This document shows, piece by piece, positions 10,688 through 21,376 of a stretch of DNA of 64,000 bases. Within the stretch, counting starts at the first letter, position 1. Each line of letters begins with the position of its first letter. This stretch comes from an uncultured Gammaproteobacteria bacterium (GTDB lineage: Bacteria; Pseudomonadota; Gammaproteobacteria; DRLM01), in assembly GCA_963729605.1 (NCBI GenBank), contig CAVSNY010000004.1:64001-128000 (forward strand), written 5' to 3'. The translations under genes were made by a program, and so were the position numbers. Below the pieces are notes generated by a model. That model saw only the letters and a list, made by a program, of their open reading frames with translations. It was not told where the DNA came from and did not search any database.

Positions 10688-10700
10688 ATTACTATTTGAA

Positions 10701-11621
10701 TTACTGGATCTTGATTACTGGATTTTCGGTTGTACTGCGGAAGGCTTTCCAGTCTTCCAGATAAGGATCAAAGCCGCCGCCGACATATTCCCAGGTGCCC
10801 GATGTTTGATCGGGACCTGTTCCCGGTATCCAGCGATATTGACCGGCTGTGACGTTACTCGCCTGGGCATCGAGCGCCATGTTGAAACTGCCCGCTCCGC
10901 CCGGCAGGCTCATGGTGTTGATGACCGGTGCGGCGGTGGTCATGTTATCGTAATTCAAACCGCGCATATCGGTTTGAAAAAACGCTTGGATTTCCGCATT
11001 TTCCACTGTGTTGACCAGTGATTGGGTAATTCGGGGTTTATTGAGAAGGCTGTCTTTTAAGAATTCCTGAAAGAACTCGCCTTGGTCATTGCTGACGTTA
11101 TGCACTTGGCGCATTTCCACACGCTTTGGATTGGCGGTGGAATTACCGGAGATGGTCTCGTCGGGATCCAGCGGTCTCTGGTTCGCGAAAATGGAAGGGG
11201 TAGTAAACCGGGTGCAGGTAGGACAACCCTGAAACGTCGTGGTCCCCCCACTGGAGGAGCCTGGTATGCTTAGAAAGCCCCCTCCCCAAATGACGGTGCT
11301 ACCGGCACGAATGAATGTTTCCTGGGCAAACTCGCTGGTGGAGTCTCCCACAATAAGGTGATAGTAGGATTGGCCATCAGGGCCTATGATCCGCTCTTGC
11401 AAAAATGGGGTCTTGTCCGGGTCGTTTAATTGAGTTCTCTGGGACTCTATGGTGCAGCCCACCCCGCCTTCGCCCCTGTTGCAATTGAGATTGGGAAGTC
11501 CGCCGCCGAACGCATCTCCAATACGAGTCCAATTGAGAGCGAAATCCGCTTGGCTGGCTGGCGCCGCCAATAACAGATACAAGCCCACACCTACGGTAAG
11601 TGCTTTTTTATAATTAGACAT
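10701..11621 (-). CDS. Secreted beta-rich hypothetical protein (CX8C / GxDGQxY family, copy A)
   Basis: Probable start MSNYKK. Signal peptide ...LYLLLAAPASQA|DF. Rich in G/T/N/S, lower GC than neighbours, has its own terminator, and sits between metG and apbC. Confidence 0.8.
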   Translation of the reverse strand: MSNYKKALTVGVGLYLLLAAPASQADFALNWTRIGDAFGGGLPNLNCNRGEGGVGCTIESQRTQLNDPDKTPFLQERIIGPDGQSYYHLIVGDSTSEFAQETFIRAGSTVIWGGGFLSIPGSSSGGTTTFQGCPTCTRFTTPSIFANQRPLDPDETISGNSTANPKRVEMRQVHNVSNDQGEFFQEFLKDSLLNKPRITQSLVNTVENAEIQAFFQTDMRGLNYDNMTTAAPVINTMSLPGGAGSFNMALDAQASNVTAGQYRWIPGTGPDQTSGTWEYVGGGFDPYLEDWKAFRSTTENPVIKIQ

Positions 11622-11986
11622 TAGCCTCATCCCCCGGTTAAACCCGGTTGTGTGTACCCCCACCTGCGTTATTTTTAACGTAGTTGTATAACAAAAGTCA
11701 ATCACCAGACTCTCCGCGGCGCCTAGAATGGCCGCTAATGTCGGCGCGCTATGGGATCATGGTTTTTACAATTCATCCGGGTGTCAAGGCGTTAGCCGAA
11801 ATTATGGATGAATAGTAGCAAATGTTAACTTTTCTTTACTTTATAAGCTGAATTTTCTATGTGGTGTCGAGGTCGTTCCCGTGGAAAGGCTTTTTTGCGA
11901 TCAGCCATGGTGTACACTATTCCGCCTTGTAGTCATCACGGTGACACAGTGATGCGTATTTGAAAAATATTAAGGAGTTACTGGCA

Positions 11987-13078
11987 ATGGCCGAGGTGTC
12001 CCGCCTCCAGGTGGAAATGGCGCTGAAAAGTTTCACCGATCCCTACTTGAAGCAGGATTTGGTTGCCAGCAAGGCGGTCAAGAATATCGCGATCAGCGGC
12101 GACCGCGTGACGGTGGACGTGGTGCTGGGTTATCCCGCCGCGGGAGTGCGTGCGCAATGGATCGCCGAACTCAAGGCCAAAGTAGAGGCTATCGATGGCG
12201 TGGCCCATGCTGACATTCACCTCTCATGGGAGGTGATGGCGCATGCGGTGCAGCGCGGCGTGGCGACCCTCAAGGAAGTGAAGAATATTATCGCGGTGGC
12301 CTCCGGCAAGGGCGGGGTGGGCAAATCCACCACCGCGGTGAATCTGGCCTTGGCCTTGGCCGCGGAGGGCGCCACGGTGGGTATCCTCGATGCGGATATC
12401 TACGGTCCCAGCCAGCCGCGCATGTTGGGCGCGGACGGCCGCCCCGAGAGCAAAGACGGCAAATCCATGGAGCCGATCACGGCCCACGGCATACAATCCA
12501 TGTCCATCGGTTATCTGATCGATGAAGAATCGCCGATGATCTGGCGCGGTCCCATGGTCACTCAGGCGCTCACCCAATTGCTGAATGAGACCAACTGGCA
12601 TGGCTTGGATTATTTGGTGGTGGACCTGCCGCCGGGCACCGGCGATATTCAACTCACCCTGGCGCAGCGCATTCCGGTCAGCGGCGCGGTGATCGTGACC
12701 ACGCCGCAGGATATCGCCCTGCTGGACGCGCGCAAGGGACTCAAGATGTTCGAGAAGGTCGAGGTGCCGGTGCTGGGTATCGTGGAAAACATGAGTATCC
12801 ACCTGTGCAGCCAGTGCGGTCACGCCGAACACATCTTCGGTGAAGGCGGCGGTGAACGCATGGCCAAACAATATGACGTGGCGTTTCTCGGCGCCTTGCC
12901 TTTGGATATCCATATTCGCGAGCAGGCCGACGGCGGTAAACCCACGGTGGTGGCCGACCCGGACGGTCCGGTGTCGCGCATCTATCGCGATATCGCGCGG
13001 CGGGTGGCGGCATCCTTGGCCTTGCGCGCGCGGGATTACAGCGGCAAATTTCCCAATATCGTCATTCAAAACACCTGA
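11987..13078 (+). CDS. apbC: Iron-sulfur cluster carrier protein ApbC/Mrp
   Basis: AAGGAG RBS; ASGKGGVGKST, DADIYGPS, MIWRGPM, DLPPGTGDIQL and ENMS...CSQC motifs. Confidence 0.96.
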   Translation: MAEVSRLQVEMALKSFTDPYLKQDLVASKAVKNIAISGDRVTVDVVLGYPAAGVRAQWIAELKAKVEAIDGVAHADIHLSWEVMAHAVQRGVATLKEVKNIIAVASGKGGVGKSTTAVNLALALAAEGATVGILDADIYGPSQPRMLGADGRPESKDGKSMEPITAHGIQSMSIGYLIDEESPMIWRGPMVTQALTQLLNETNWHGLDYLVVDLPPGTGDIQLTLAQRIPVSGAVIVTTPQDIALLDARKGLKMFEKVEVPVLGIVENMSIHLCSQCGHAEHIFGEGGGERMAKQYDVAFLGALPLDIHIREQADGGKPTVVADPDGPVSRIYRDIARRVAASLALRARDYSGKFPNIVIQNT

Positions 13079-13164
13079 GATGACGGGTTCCCCCTCAGCG
13101 GCGGGTTCCACCGTGGGGCGGCGTTGCCGGATAAAAAATTCTTGATATTAAGCGAAGGCCTCAC

Positions 13165-13731
13165 ATGAGCATCAAGTCAGACAAGTGGATCCGCCGCATG
13201 GCCGAACAGCACGGCATGATCGAGCCCTTCGAACCCAATCAAGTGCGGGAGAGAAACGGTGAACGTCTGATTTCCTACGGCACTTCCAGTTATGGCTACG
13301 ATATCCGCTGTGCCGACGAATTCAAGATATTCACCAATATCAACTCGGCCATCGTCGATCCGAAAAATTTCGACGCCAACAGTTTCGTCGATATCAAATC
13401 GGCGGTCTGCATCATCCCGCCCAACTCGTTCGCCCTGGCGCGCACCGTGGAATATTTCCGGATTCCGCGCAACGTGCTCACCATCTGCCTCGGCAAATCC
13501 ACGTATGCCCGCTGCGGGATCATCGTCAATGTCACGCCGTTGGAACCCGAATGGGAAGGTCACGTGACCCTGGAATTCTCCAACACCACGCCGTTGCCCG
13601 CGAAGATCTACGCGAACGAGGGTGTGGCGCAGGTGTTGTTTCTGGAATCCGACGAGGTATGCGAGACTTCGTACAAGGATCGCGGCGGTAAGTATCAGGG
13701 CCAGCGCGGCGTCACCTTGCCCAAGGCGTGA
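13165..13731 (+). CDS. dcd: dCTP deaminase
   Basis: [28 protein letters not shown] and EPEWEG motifs. Confidence 0.97.
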   Translation: MSIKSDKWIRRMAEQHGMIEPFEPNQVRERNGERLISYGTSSYGYDIRCADEFKIFTNINSAIVDPKNFDANSFVDIKSAVCIIPPNSFALARTVEYFRIPRNVLTICLGKSTYARCGIIVNVTPLEPEWEGHVTLEFSNTTPLPAKIYANEGVAQVLFLESDEVCETSYKDRGGKYQGQRGVTLPKA

Positions 13732-13753
13732 GCCGATACGGTCCCCGCCGGGT

Positions 13754-14503
13754 TCAGCGCGCCGGCAGTCCCTTCACCGATTGGATGTCCATGCTGAGGC
13801 GGCTACCGTCGGTTTCCTGTTGTTCGAGACGCACCGGCAGATAGTTCAGCGCCGGCGCGCACCACACGATGGTGTCGCGCTTGTCGTCGAGCCGTTCGAT
13901 CTTGACGGTCTTAAATTTACCCAGCGGGGTATTCATCATCTCTTCGCCGAGGACCTCGAATCGGTAATTCTTCAGGCGGCCGCCGTCGGCGACATTGTAT
14001 TGCAAGTCGGTGCGGCCCTTTTTCAAATCCTGCATGATCGCCAGTTGGTGAAGCAGCTTGTCTTGCGTGCCCGCGGGAATGTCCATGCGCCACGGGTCGC
14101 CGTCGATGTTATTGGTCACCACGCCGCGCCCCCAATCAAAGAGCAACTTGACGCGCCGGGCCTTTTTGCCGCCGTGGCGATTGTATACATATTCGAGAGG
14201 GCGCACTTGGCCCTCGTGGAAGGTCCAGATGCTGCGTTCTTCGATGCGGTCTTTGACGAACCAGGCGATCATGCCGGTGGCGTAGGTGACGGATTCGAAG
14301 ATATAACGGCCCTCGCCGGCGGTGCGCAGGCTGCGGGTGGCGTTGCCCAGCGAGACCCCGTTGCGCTTTAAAACATACTCGGCGCTGAAATTGGGAAAGG
14401 GCGCTGTTTCCTCGGCGAGCACGGAAGGACTGATGGTCCAGCCCAGCGCCAGCCCCGCCCAAAAAACACACACTGCCTTGCGAAGGGAGGTCACTTTAGT
14501 CAT
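13754..14503 (-). CDS. DUF3108 domain periplasmic protein
   Basis: Signal peptide; PLEYVY, TQDKLL, TPLGKFKTVK and WCAPALNYLPVR motifs; usual position downstream of purN. Confidence 0.8.
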   Translation of the reverse strand: MTKVTSLRKAVCVFWAGLALGWTISPSVLAEETAPFPNFSAEYVLKRNGVSLGNATRSLRTAGEGRYIFESVTYATGMIAWFVKDRIEERSIWTFHEGQVRPLEYVYNRHGGKKARRVKLLFDWGRGVVTNNIDGDPWRMDIPAGTQDKLLHQLAIMQDLKKGRTDLQYNVADGGRLKNYRFEVLGEEMMNTPLGKFKTVKIERLDDKRDTIVWCAPALNYLPVRLEQQETDGSRLSMDIQSVKGLPAR

Positions 14504-15159
14504 TCGCTGGTTGTCTGCCGTGGTAGCCGTACCGGTTGGCCGTCGAGCATAGCCCGGTTCGCGCGCAATGTCAGCCGCCCTTCGGCGAACCAGCGGATCA
14601 CTTGCGGATAGAGTGCGTGTTCGGCCTGTTGCACGCGCGCCGCCAGACTGGACGCATCGTCGCCGGGCAATACGGCGACGACGGTTTGCGCCGCCACCGG
14701 GCCGCCGTCCAATTCGGCGGTGACGAAGTGGATGCTCACGCCGTGTTCCTTCACGCCGGCCTCCAGCGCGCGCCGGTGGGTGTCGATGCCGCGAAAGGCG
14801 GGCAACAGGGACGGATGCACGTTGAGCAAGCGGCCGTGATAATGCGCGACGAATTCCGGCGTGAGGATGCGCATGAATCCGGCGAGCACGACTAATCGCG
14901 GCTGGTACTGATCTATCGCGGCTTGCAGCGCGGCATCGAACGTGGCGCGGTCCGGGTACTGGCGGTGATCCACCACCAGCGCCGCGATACCCGCGCGGCG
15001 CGCGCGCTCCAAACCTTGCGCCTCGGGTTTATTGCTGATGACGGCGCGGATCTCCACCGGCAACGCCGCGGTCGCTACCGCGTCGATGATGGCTTGCAGA
15101 TTACTGCCGTTGCCCGAGATGAGAACGACGACAGGCAAACGCGGAGCGGCGTCACTCAT
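14500..15159 (-). CDS. purN: Phosphoribosylglycinamide formyltransferase
   Basis: [29 protein letters not shown] and [11 protein letters not shown]. The real gene is the 3' end of ORF 14500..16680 and overlaps the purM stop. Confidence 0.96.
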   Translation of the reverse strand: MSDAAPRLPVVVLISGNGSNLQAIIDAVATAALPVEIRAVISNKPEAQGLERARRAGIAALVVDHRQYPDRATFDAALQAAIDQYQPRLVVLAGFMRILTPEFVAHYHGRLLNVHPSLLPAFRGIDTHRRALEAGVKEHGVSIHFVTAELDGGPVAAQTVVAVLPGDDASSLAARVQQAEHALYPQVIRWFAEGRLTLRANRAMLDGQPVRLPRQTTSE

Positions 15160-16211
15160 GAGGCGGTGAGCGTCACCTGATGGGCGGCGCCGCGGCGCCG
15201 CGCGACCTCGCCGATGCGCCAGGCCGTCTCGCCCAGTTCGCGCAAGCGGCGCAGCGCCCGTTCGGCCTCGGCGGCGGGCACGCAGACGATCATGCCGATG
15301 CCGCAATTGAAGGTGCGGTACATCTCGTCGTCGGCGACCTTGCCTTGGCTTTGCAGCCAGCCGAACACCGGCGGGCGCGGCCAGCTGGCGGTATTGATGA
15401 AGGCTTGGGTCTCTTCGGGCAGCACCCGCGGCAGATTCTCGGTGATGCCGCCGCCGGTGATGTGGGCGAGGGCGTGCACCGGCACGTCGCTCAAGAGGGC
15501 CAGCAGCGATTTGACGTAGATACGGGTCGGTTCGAGCAAGGTGTCGCCCAGGCTTCGGCCGTGGAACTCTTGCGAGAGATCGGCGCCGCTCACCTCGATG
15601 ATCTTGCGGATCAGCGAATAGCCGTTGGAATGCGGGCCGGACGAGGCGAGACCGATCAGCACATCGCCGGCGGCGACCCGGCTGCCGTCGATGATGCGTT
15701 CTTTTTCCACCACGCCCACGCAGAAGCCGGCGAGGTCGTAGTCGCCGCCGTGATACATGCCGGGCATTTCGGCGGTCTCGCCGCCCACCAGCGCGGCGCC
15801 GGCCAGCTCGCAGCCGCGGCCGATGCCGCCCACCACCGCCGCCGCGACGTCCACGTCCAAATGGCCGGTGGCGTAGTAGTCGAGGAAGAACAGCGGTTCG
15901 GCGCCCTGCACCACGATGTCGTTGACGCACATCGCGACGAGGTCGATGCCGATGGTGTCGTGTTTGGCGAGTTGCATGGCCAGCTTGAGTTTGGTGCCGA
16001 CGCCGTCGGTGCCGGACACCAGCACCGGCTGGCGATAGCCGGCGGGGATCTCGAACAAGGCGCCGAAACCGCCGAGACCGGCCAGCACGCCGGGACGGCG
16101 GGTGCGGGCGGCGATGGGTTTGATCCGATCGACCAGGCGGTCGCCGGCGTCGATGTCCACGCCGGCGTCGCGGTAGCTCAAGCCGGATTGGGGGGGCTGG
16201 GTAGTGCTCAT
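15156..16211 (-). CDS. purM: Phosphoribosylformylglycinamidine cyclo-ligase
   Basis: [40 protein letters not shown] and RTFNCGIGM motifs. Confidence 0.98.
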   Translation of the reverse strand: MSTTQPPQSGLSYRDAGVDIDAGDRLVDRIKPIAARTRRPGVLAGLGGFGALFEIPAGYRQPVLVSGTDGVGTKLKLAMQLAKHDTIGIDLVAMCVNDIVVQGAEPLFFLDYYATGHLDVDVAAAVVGGIGRGCELAGAALVGGETAEMPGMYHGGDYDLAGFCVGVVEKERIIDGSRVAAGDVLIGLASSGPHSNGYSLIRKIIEVSGADLSQEFHGRSLGDTLLEPTRIYVKSLLALLSDVPVHALAHITGGGITENLPRVLPEETQAFINTASWPRPPVFGWLQSQGKVADDEMYRTFNCGIGMIVCVPAAEAERALRRLRELGETAWRIGEVARRRGAAHQVTLTAS

Positions 16212-16359
16212 GGGATGATGGTCGCTGTGTCGTTCGCAGAAAATGTTGCGCGTATTGTAGCGGTTGCGCCGGCCCTTGTCCCCGGTCGCGTACCCGGCGC
16301 GGGGGAGAAGCGTGTATCATTTCGCCGGACGTGGCGCTTTGCGAAGGATCAAAGGGATC

Positions 16360-17403
16360 ATGAGTCGATTGATAATATTCTGCATGGTTGCCGCGCTGCT
16401 GGCGCTGTCGCCGCGCGCCGGGTGGGCGGTGGAGGTGACCGACTTGTACGAGGCCGAGATCGCGGTGGCCGATCAAAGCGCCGCCGCCCGCGCCGCCGCC
16501 AGCCGCGCCGCCCTGGCCGAGGTGCTGGTGAAGGTGACCGGCAGCGCCGCCGCGCCCGCCCAGCCTGAGTTCAAAACCCTGCTGCAGCAGGCCGAGCAGG
16601 CAATGCAGCGTTACGGCTATCGTACGGCGGAGGGGGGGCAAAGTTTGCAGGTGAGTTTCGACCGGCAGGCCATCAATCAACGCGTTTACGACGCGGGTTT
16701 CCCGGTGTGGGACCGCAACCGTCCGCAGATTTTGCTGTGGCTGGCGCTGGAAGACGCGGGCGGGCGGACCCTGGTGGGCGGTGAAAACCGGCCCGAGTTA
16801 CAGGCGGTGGTCAAGGACCGGGCGCAACGCCGCGGCCTGCCGGTGAGTTTGCCCAAGCTGGATAGGGACGACCAAACCGCGGTCAGTGTGGCCGATGTGT
16901 GGGGCCAGTTCATCGAACCGGTGGCGCAGGGCTCGGCCCGTTATCAAGCCGACGCGCTGCTGCTCGGCCGGGTCTATTCGATCGGGCCGGAGCGTTGGCG
17001 CGGGCACTGGACCTTGCGGCATGCCGGCAGCACCGCCAGTTGGGAGGCGGGCGCGGGTTCGGTGGCCGACGTGGTGGCGGCCGGACTCAATCAGGTCGCG
17101 GAGAATATGGCCCGGCGTTACGCGCTGGTGTTGAAGCCCGGGGTGAGCAGCGTGGCGACCTTGGTGGTGGAGAATGTGGCCAACGTCCAGGATTACGCCC
17201 GGCTGTCGCGTTATCTCGGCGGGCTGGACCCGGTGGGCGGCGTCGCCGTGGAGCGGGTCGAGGGCGCCAGCGTCGTGTACCGTGTGCAAGTGCGCGGCGA
17301 GTTGCAGGGTCTCACCCAGTCTTTGGCGCTGGGCCGGGTGCTCACGCCGGTGGCGGGGGGATCGACGCCCGGCGATGAACTGTTGTATCGATTGATGCCG
17401 TGA
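16360..17403 (+). CDS. DUF2066 domain protein
   Basis: Signal peptide, VTDLYEA, VLVKVTG and W..NRPQILLWLA motifs; conserved divergent neighbour of purM. Confidence 0.85.
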   Translation: MSRLIIFCMVAALLALSPRAGWAVEVTDLYEAEIAVADQSAAARAAASRAALAEVLVKVTGSAAAPAQPEFKTLLQQAEQAMQRYGYRTAEGGQSLQVSFDRQAINQRVYDAGFPVWDRNRPQILLWLALEDAGGRTLVGGENRPELQAVVKDRAQRRGLPVSLPKLDRDDQTAVSVADVWGQFIEPVAQGSARYQADALLLGRVYSIGPERWRGHWTLRHAGSTASWEAGAGSVADVVAAGLNQVAENMARRYALVLKPGVSSVATLVVENVANVQDYARLSRYLGGLDPVGGVAVERVEGASVVYRVQVRGELQGLTQSLALGRVLTPVAGGSTPGDELLYRLMP

Positions 17404-17957
17404 ACCTGCGGGACATCCCCAACACGATTAGTGTGCTGCGCATGGTGCTGGTCGTGCCGGTGGCCTGGTTTTTGTTGACCCAGCGCTACACGGAAGCCTT
17501 GCTGACCTTTCTCATCGCGGGCATCTCCGACGGTGTGGACGGTTATCTCGCCAAACGCTTCGGCTGGCACAGCCGCCTGGGCTCCATCCTCGATCCGCTG
17601 GCGGACAAACTGTTGCTGGTCACTACTTACGTGGTGCTCGGCTGGCTGGAGGTGTTGCCGCTGTGGCTGGTGATCACGGTGGTGGCCCGCGACGTGGTGC
17701 TGTTCAGTGGCGCGCTGGCCTTTCACTGGCTGGTGGGCCGCTACGATATGGAGCCGAGCTGGATCAGCAAATTCAATACCGTGGCGCAGATCGTGCTCGC
17801 GGTCGCGGCGGTGGCCTCGCTCGATTTATTGCCCATGCTGGCCGGCATCGTGGAAGGGCTGATTTACGTAGTGCTGATCACCACTCTGCTGAGCGGCGCC
17901 GACTACGTGTGGACCTGGGGTGTGCGGGCTTACCGCGCGCGGCGGGCGCCGCGCTGA
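17400..17957 (+). CDS. CDP-alcohol phosphatidyltransferase family protein
   Basis: IPNTISVLR and SDGVDGYLAKRF...GSILDPLADK (CDP-OH-P transferase motif). Confidence 0.92.
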   Translation: MNLRDIPNTISVLRMVLVVPVAWFLLTQRYTEALLTFLIAGISDGVDGYLAKRFGWHSRLGSILDPLADKLLLVTTYVVLGWLEVLPLWLVITVVARDVVLFSGALAFHWLVGRYDMEPSWISKFNTVAQIVLAVAAVASLDLLPMLAGIVEGLIYVVLITTLLSGADYVWTWGVRAYRARRAPR

Positions 17958-18031
17958 ATTAATCCAGGTCTCTGACCCTGCCGGGGTGCGTCAATGCTTG
18001 CGCGTCAGGTCGGAGCGAGTTAGGCCGGAGT

Positions 18032-18191
18032 GTGACGCGTCAAGGCCAGAGTGACGCGTCAAGGCCAGGGTGACGCGTCAAGATCAGAGTGATGCGTCAA
18101 GGCCAGAGTGATGCGTCAAGGCCAGAGTGATGCGTCAAGGCCAGAGTGATGCGTCAAGGCCAGAGTGATGCGTCAAGGCCAGAGTGACGCG
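18032..18191. repeat. Tandem array of 19-bp units GTGA(C/T)GCGTCAAGGCCAGA, 8 full copies plus a partial
   Basis: Units start at 18032, 18051, 18070, 18089, 18108, 18127, 18146 and 18165, with a partial at 18184. There are no spacers. The core TGACGCGTCA is a perfect palindrome. Confidence 0.95.
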
Positions 18192-18210
18192 ACGCGCTGC
18201 TTTTGATTTT

Positions 18211-18256
18211 TCCCCTCCTTGTCACAAGGAGGGGTGGCCCGCAGGGCCGGGGTGGT
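18211..18256. repeat. CCCCTCC-type REP-like palindrome
   Basis: CCCCTCCTTG-TCA-CAAGGAGGGG hairpin followed by GGCCC-GCA-GGGCC and GGGGTGG. Confidence 0.6.
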
Positions 18257-18338
18257 TGCTCTTCGCGAAGGGCGTGGTAGCGCAGCGCATTGAATCGCTG
18301 ACTCTCTACGTCACCGGTTTTATCAGCGGTATTTAACA

Positions 18339-19424
18339 ATGGAACGAGAATCACGGATGCTGAGTGATACCCAAAAATGGTTGCTGTTGGCGGGGCTCGT
18401 CGCTTCCGCCGTGTTGTTGTATTTACTGGGGCCGGTGCTCACGCCGTTTTTAGTCGGCGCGGGCCTGGCGTATCTCGGCGATCCGCTGGCGGACCGTTTG
18501 GAGGCCAAGGGTTTGCCGCGCACCCTGGCGGTGGTGGTGGTCTTCTCGGTGATGCTGGCGGTGCTGGTGTTGGCCGCCGTGGTGCTGGTGCCGCTGTTGC
18601 AGCAACAAGTGATGGTGTTGATCGACAAACTGCCGGCCTATCTCGATTGGCTGGAGCATCAAGCCTTGCCTTGGTTGCAGCGGCAGGTGGGATTCGCCGA
18701 ACTGCGCCTGGATGTGGAAAGCCTCAAGCAGGCGCTGATGGCGCACTGGCAGCAAGTGGGCGGCGTGGCGGCGGGCGTGCTGGGCTCGGTGACCCGTTCC
18801 GGCGTGGCGATCATGGGGTGGCTGGCGACCGTGGTGCTGATCCCGCTGGTGGCGTTTTATTTGCTGCGCGACTGGGATGTGATGATCGCGCGCATCGGTG
18901 CGCTGGTTCCGCGCCGCCACCTGCCGGTGGTCACCCGGCTGGCCAAGGAGTGTGATGCCGTGCTCGGCGGTTTTCTGCGCGGGCAAGTCGCCGTGATGAC
19001 CCTGCTGGGGGCGGTGTATACCGTGGGCTTGTGGCTGGTGGGATTGGACCTCGCGCTGCTCATCGGCGTGTTCGCGGGGCTGGTGAGCTTCGTGCCGTAC
19101 CTGGGTTTTATCCTGGGGGTCTTGTTCGCCGGCGTGGCGGCGCTGATGCAGTTTCAAGAACTGTTTCCCCTGTTGCTGGTGCTGGCGGTGTTCGGCGTGG
19201 GGCAGGTGTTGGAAAGTTTCATCTTCACGCCTTGGCTGGTGGGTGATCGCATCGGCTTGCATCCGGTGGCCGTCATTTTCGCGGTGATGGCGGGTGGGCA
19301 ATTGTTCGGTTTCGTCGGCGTATTGCTGGCCTTGCCGGTGACGGCGGTGCTGGTGGTGTTGCTGCGTTACGGCAAGGAGCGTTATCTGGCCAGCCGGGTT
19401 TACGCCGGCGGCGACGGCGCTTGA
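18339..19424 (+). CDS. AI-2E family transporter (PerM-like)
   Basis: LGPVLTPF, LAYLGDP, FYLLRDW, GFLRGQ, SFVPYLG and GDRIGLHPV motifs; multi-pass membrane protein. Confidence 0.92.
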   Translation: MERESRMLSDTQKWLLLAGLVASAVLLYLLGPVLTPFLVGAGLAYLGDPLADRLEAKGLPRTLAVVVVFSVMLAVLVLAAVVLVPLLQQQVMVLIDKLPAYLDWLEHQALPWLQRQVGFAELRLDVESLKQALMAHWQQVGGVAAGVLGSVTRSGVAIMGWLATVVLIPLVAFYLLRDWDVMIARIGALVPRRHLPVVTRLAKECDAVLGGFLRGQVAVMTLLGAVYTVGLWLVGLDLALLIGVFAGLVSFVPYLGFILGVLFAGVAALMQFQELFPLLLVLAVFGVGQVLESFIFTPWLVGDRIGLHPVAVIFAVMAGGQLFGFVGVLLALPVTAVLVVLLRYGKERYLASRVYAGGDGA

Positions 19425-19435
19425 GCGAAACGCCG

Positions 19436-20161
19436 ATGTCCCGTTCCGGCCCCCCCGGTTTGTTCGCGCAATTACCGCTCGGCGTCCGCCTGCGGGCCGG
19501 GGCGACCTTCGCCAATTATCATCCCGGCCCCAATCACGAGGCGTTGACGCTGGTGCGGCAGGCGGTCGCCGCCGGCGACGAGCAATGCCTGTATCTGTGG
19601 GGCGGCGCGGGCACCGGCAAGACCCATTTGCTGCAAGCCGCCTGTCATGTCATCGCCGCGCGCGCCGCGCCGGTGGCCTATCTGCCCTTCGCGGACGCCG
19701 CGGATTTCACCCCGGCGATGCTGGACGGTTTGGAGCAATTGCCATGGGTGGTATTGGACGACCTCGACCGCATCGCCGGCGACGCCGCCTGGGAGACCGC
19801 GCTGTTTCATTTGTACAACCGCGTGCGCGAAGCGGGCGGCCGCTTGCTGATGGCGGCGCGCGGCAATCCCGCCACCCTGGCGCTGAACCTGCCCGATCTG
19901 CGTTCGCGGCTGGCCTGGGGCCTGGTATTGCAGCTCCACGAGTTGAGCGACGACGACAAGGCGGCGGCGCTGCGCATGCAGGCCCACCAGCGCGGGATGG
20001 ACATGCCGGTCGAAGTGGCGGTGTTTCTACTGCGCCGTTGCCGCCGCGAGATGCATGCGCTCTTCCAACTGTTGGAGCTGCTGGATCACGCCAGCCTGGC
20101 GGCGCAGCGCAAACTCACCGTGCCCTTCGTCAAATCCGTGCTGGATGCGCCGCCGGCATGA
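19436..20161 (+). CDS. hda: DnaA regulatory inactivator Hda
   Basis: Clamp-binding QLPL, Walker A GGAGTGKTHLL, LFHLYN, LPDLRSRLAWG and QRKLTVPFVK. Confidence 0.95.
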   Translation: MSRSGPPGLFAQLPLGVRLRAGATFANYHPGPNHEALTLVRQAVAAGDEQCLYLWGGAGTGKTHLLQAACHVIAARAAPVAYLPFADAADFTPAMLDGLEQLPWVVLDDLDRIAGDAAWETALFHLYNRVREAGGRLLMAARGNPATLALNLPDLRSRLAWGLVLQLHELSDDDKAAALRMQAHQRGMDMPVEVAVFLLRRCRREMHALFQLLELLDHASLAAQRKLTVPFVKSVLDAPPA

Positions 20162-20250
20162 ATCCGCCGTGGATGGCTTGCCGCGCCGGTGCGTTAACCG
20201 CGTTGCGTCAGGCAAACGCCGACCTACGGCGTTTGCCGCCAAGACGCCGA

Positions 20251-20697
20251 GGACGCCAAAAAATATTTCTTGAATCAAGGCGGAAAAAAGCCTGTGCCGT
20301 CCTGGTGTCGAATGGTTTAGCGGTCAACCGTGAATATTTCGTATACATCCCCTCTCCCGCAAGGGGAGAGGGGGACGACGTCCCAGGCATTCATCCTTCG
20401 TCCTTTCTCTACGGCAGGACGTACCGACGTACCATGGACGCCAAAAAATATTTCTTGAATCAAGGCGCAAAAAAGCGTGTGCCGTCTTGGTGTCGGATGG
20501 TGTCGCGATTAACCGTGAATATTTCGTATACATCCCCTCTCCCTTGACGGGAGAGGGGTAGGGGAGAGGGTGATCGAAAGCGATGAGGCCCCCATTATAA
20601 CCCCCCCCCCTCTCCCCGTCCCTCTCCCGCAAGGGGAGAGGGGGATGACGTCCCAGGCATTCATCATTCGTCCTTTCTCTACGGCAGGACGTACCAT
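20251..20697. repeat. Imperfect tandem duplication of a ~185-bp unit containing CCCTCTCCC..GGGAGAGGG REP-like hairpins
   Basis: GGACGCCAAAAAATATTTCTTGAATCAAGGCG starts at 20251 and again at 20436. Both units end in ...TCCTTTCTCTACGGCAGGACGTACC. The second unit carries an extra REP doublet. Confidence 0.9.
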
Positions 20698-20752
20698 GAC
20701 GACTCACACATGGAATTTTTATTTTTCCGGCGAGCAGGCAGCACAAGACGTT

Positions 20753-21376
<624 letters not shown>

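Noticed and set aside
11200-11240. c-type heme motif in the secreted protein (GCPTCTR)
   Set aside because: It is CxxCT without the His required for CxxCH, so it is not called a cytochrome.
14500-16680. 726-aa ORF suggesting a giant PurN fusion
   Set aside because: The N-terminal ~500 aa is an Arg/Pro-rich off-frame reading of purM and upstream DNA. PurN starts at 15159.
18032-18191. CRISPR array
   Set aside because: The 19-bp units are directly head-to-tail with no unique spacers, and there are no cas genes in the window.
20324-20746. Small ORFs with repeated peptides in the hda-wrbA gap
   Set aside because: They are translations of the duplicated REP-containing DNA (PLPLRER and PSPLAGEG are typical REP read-outs), not genes.
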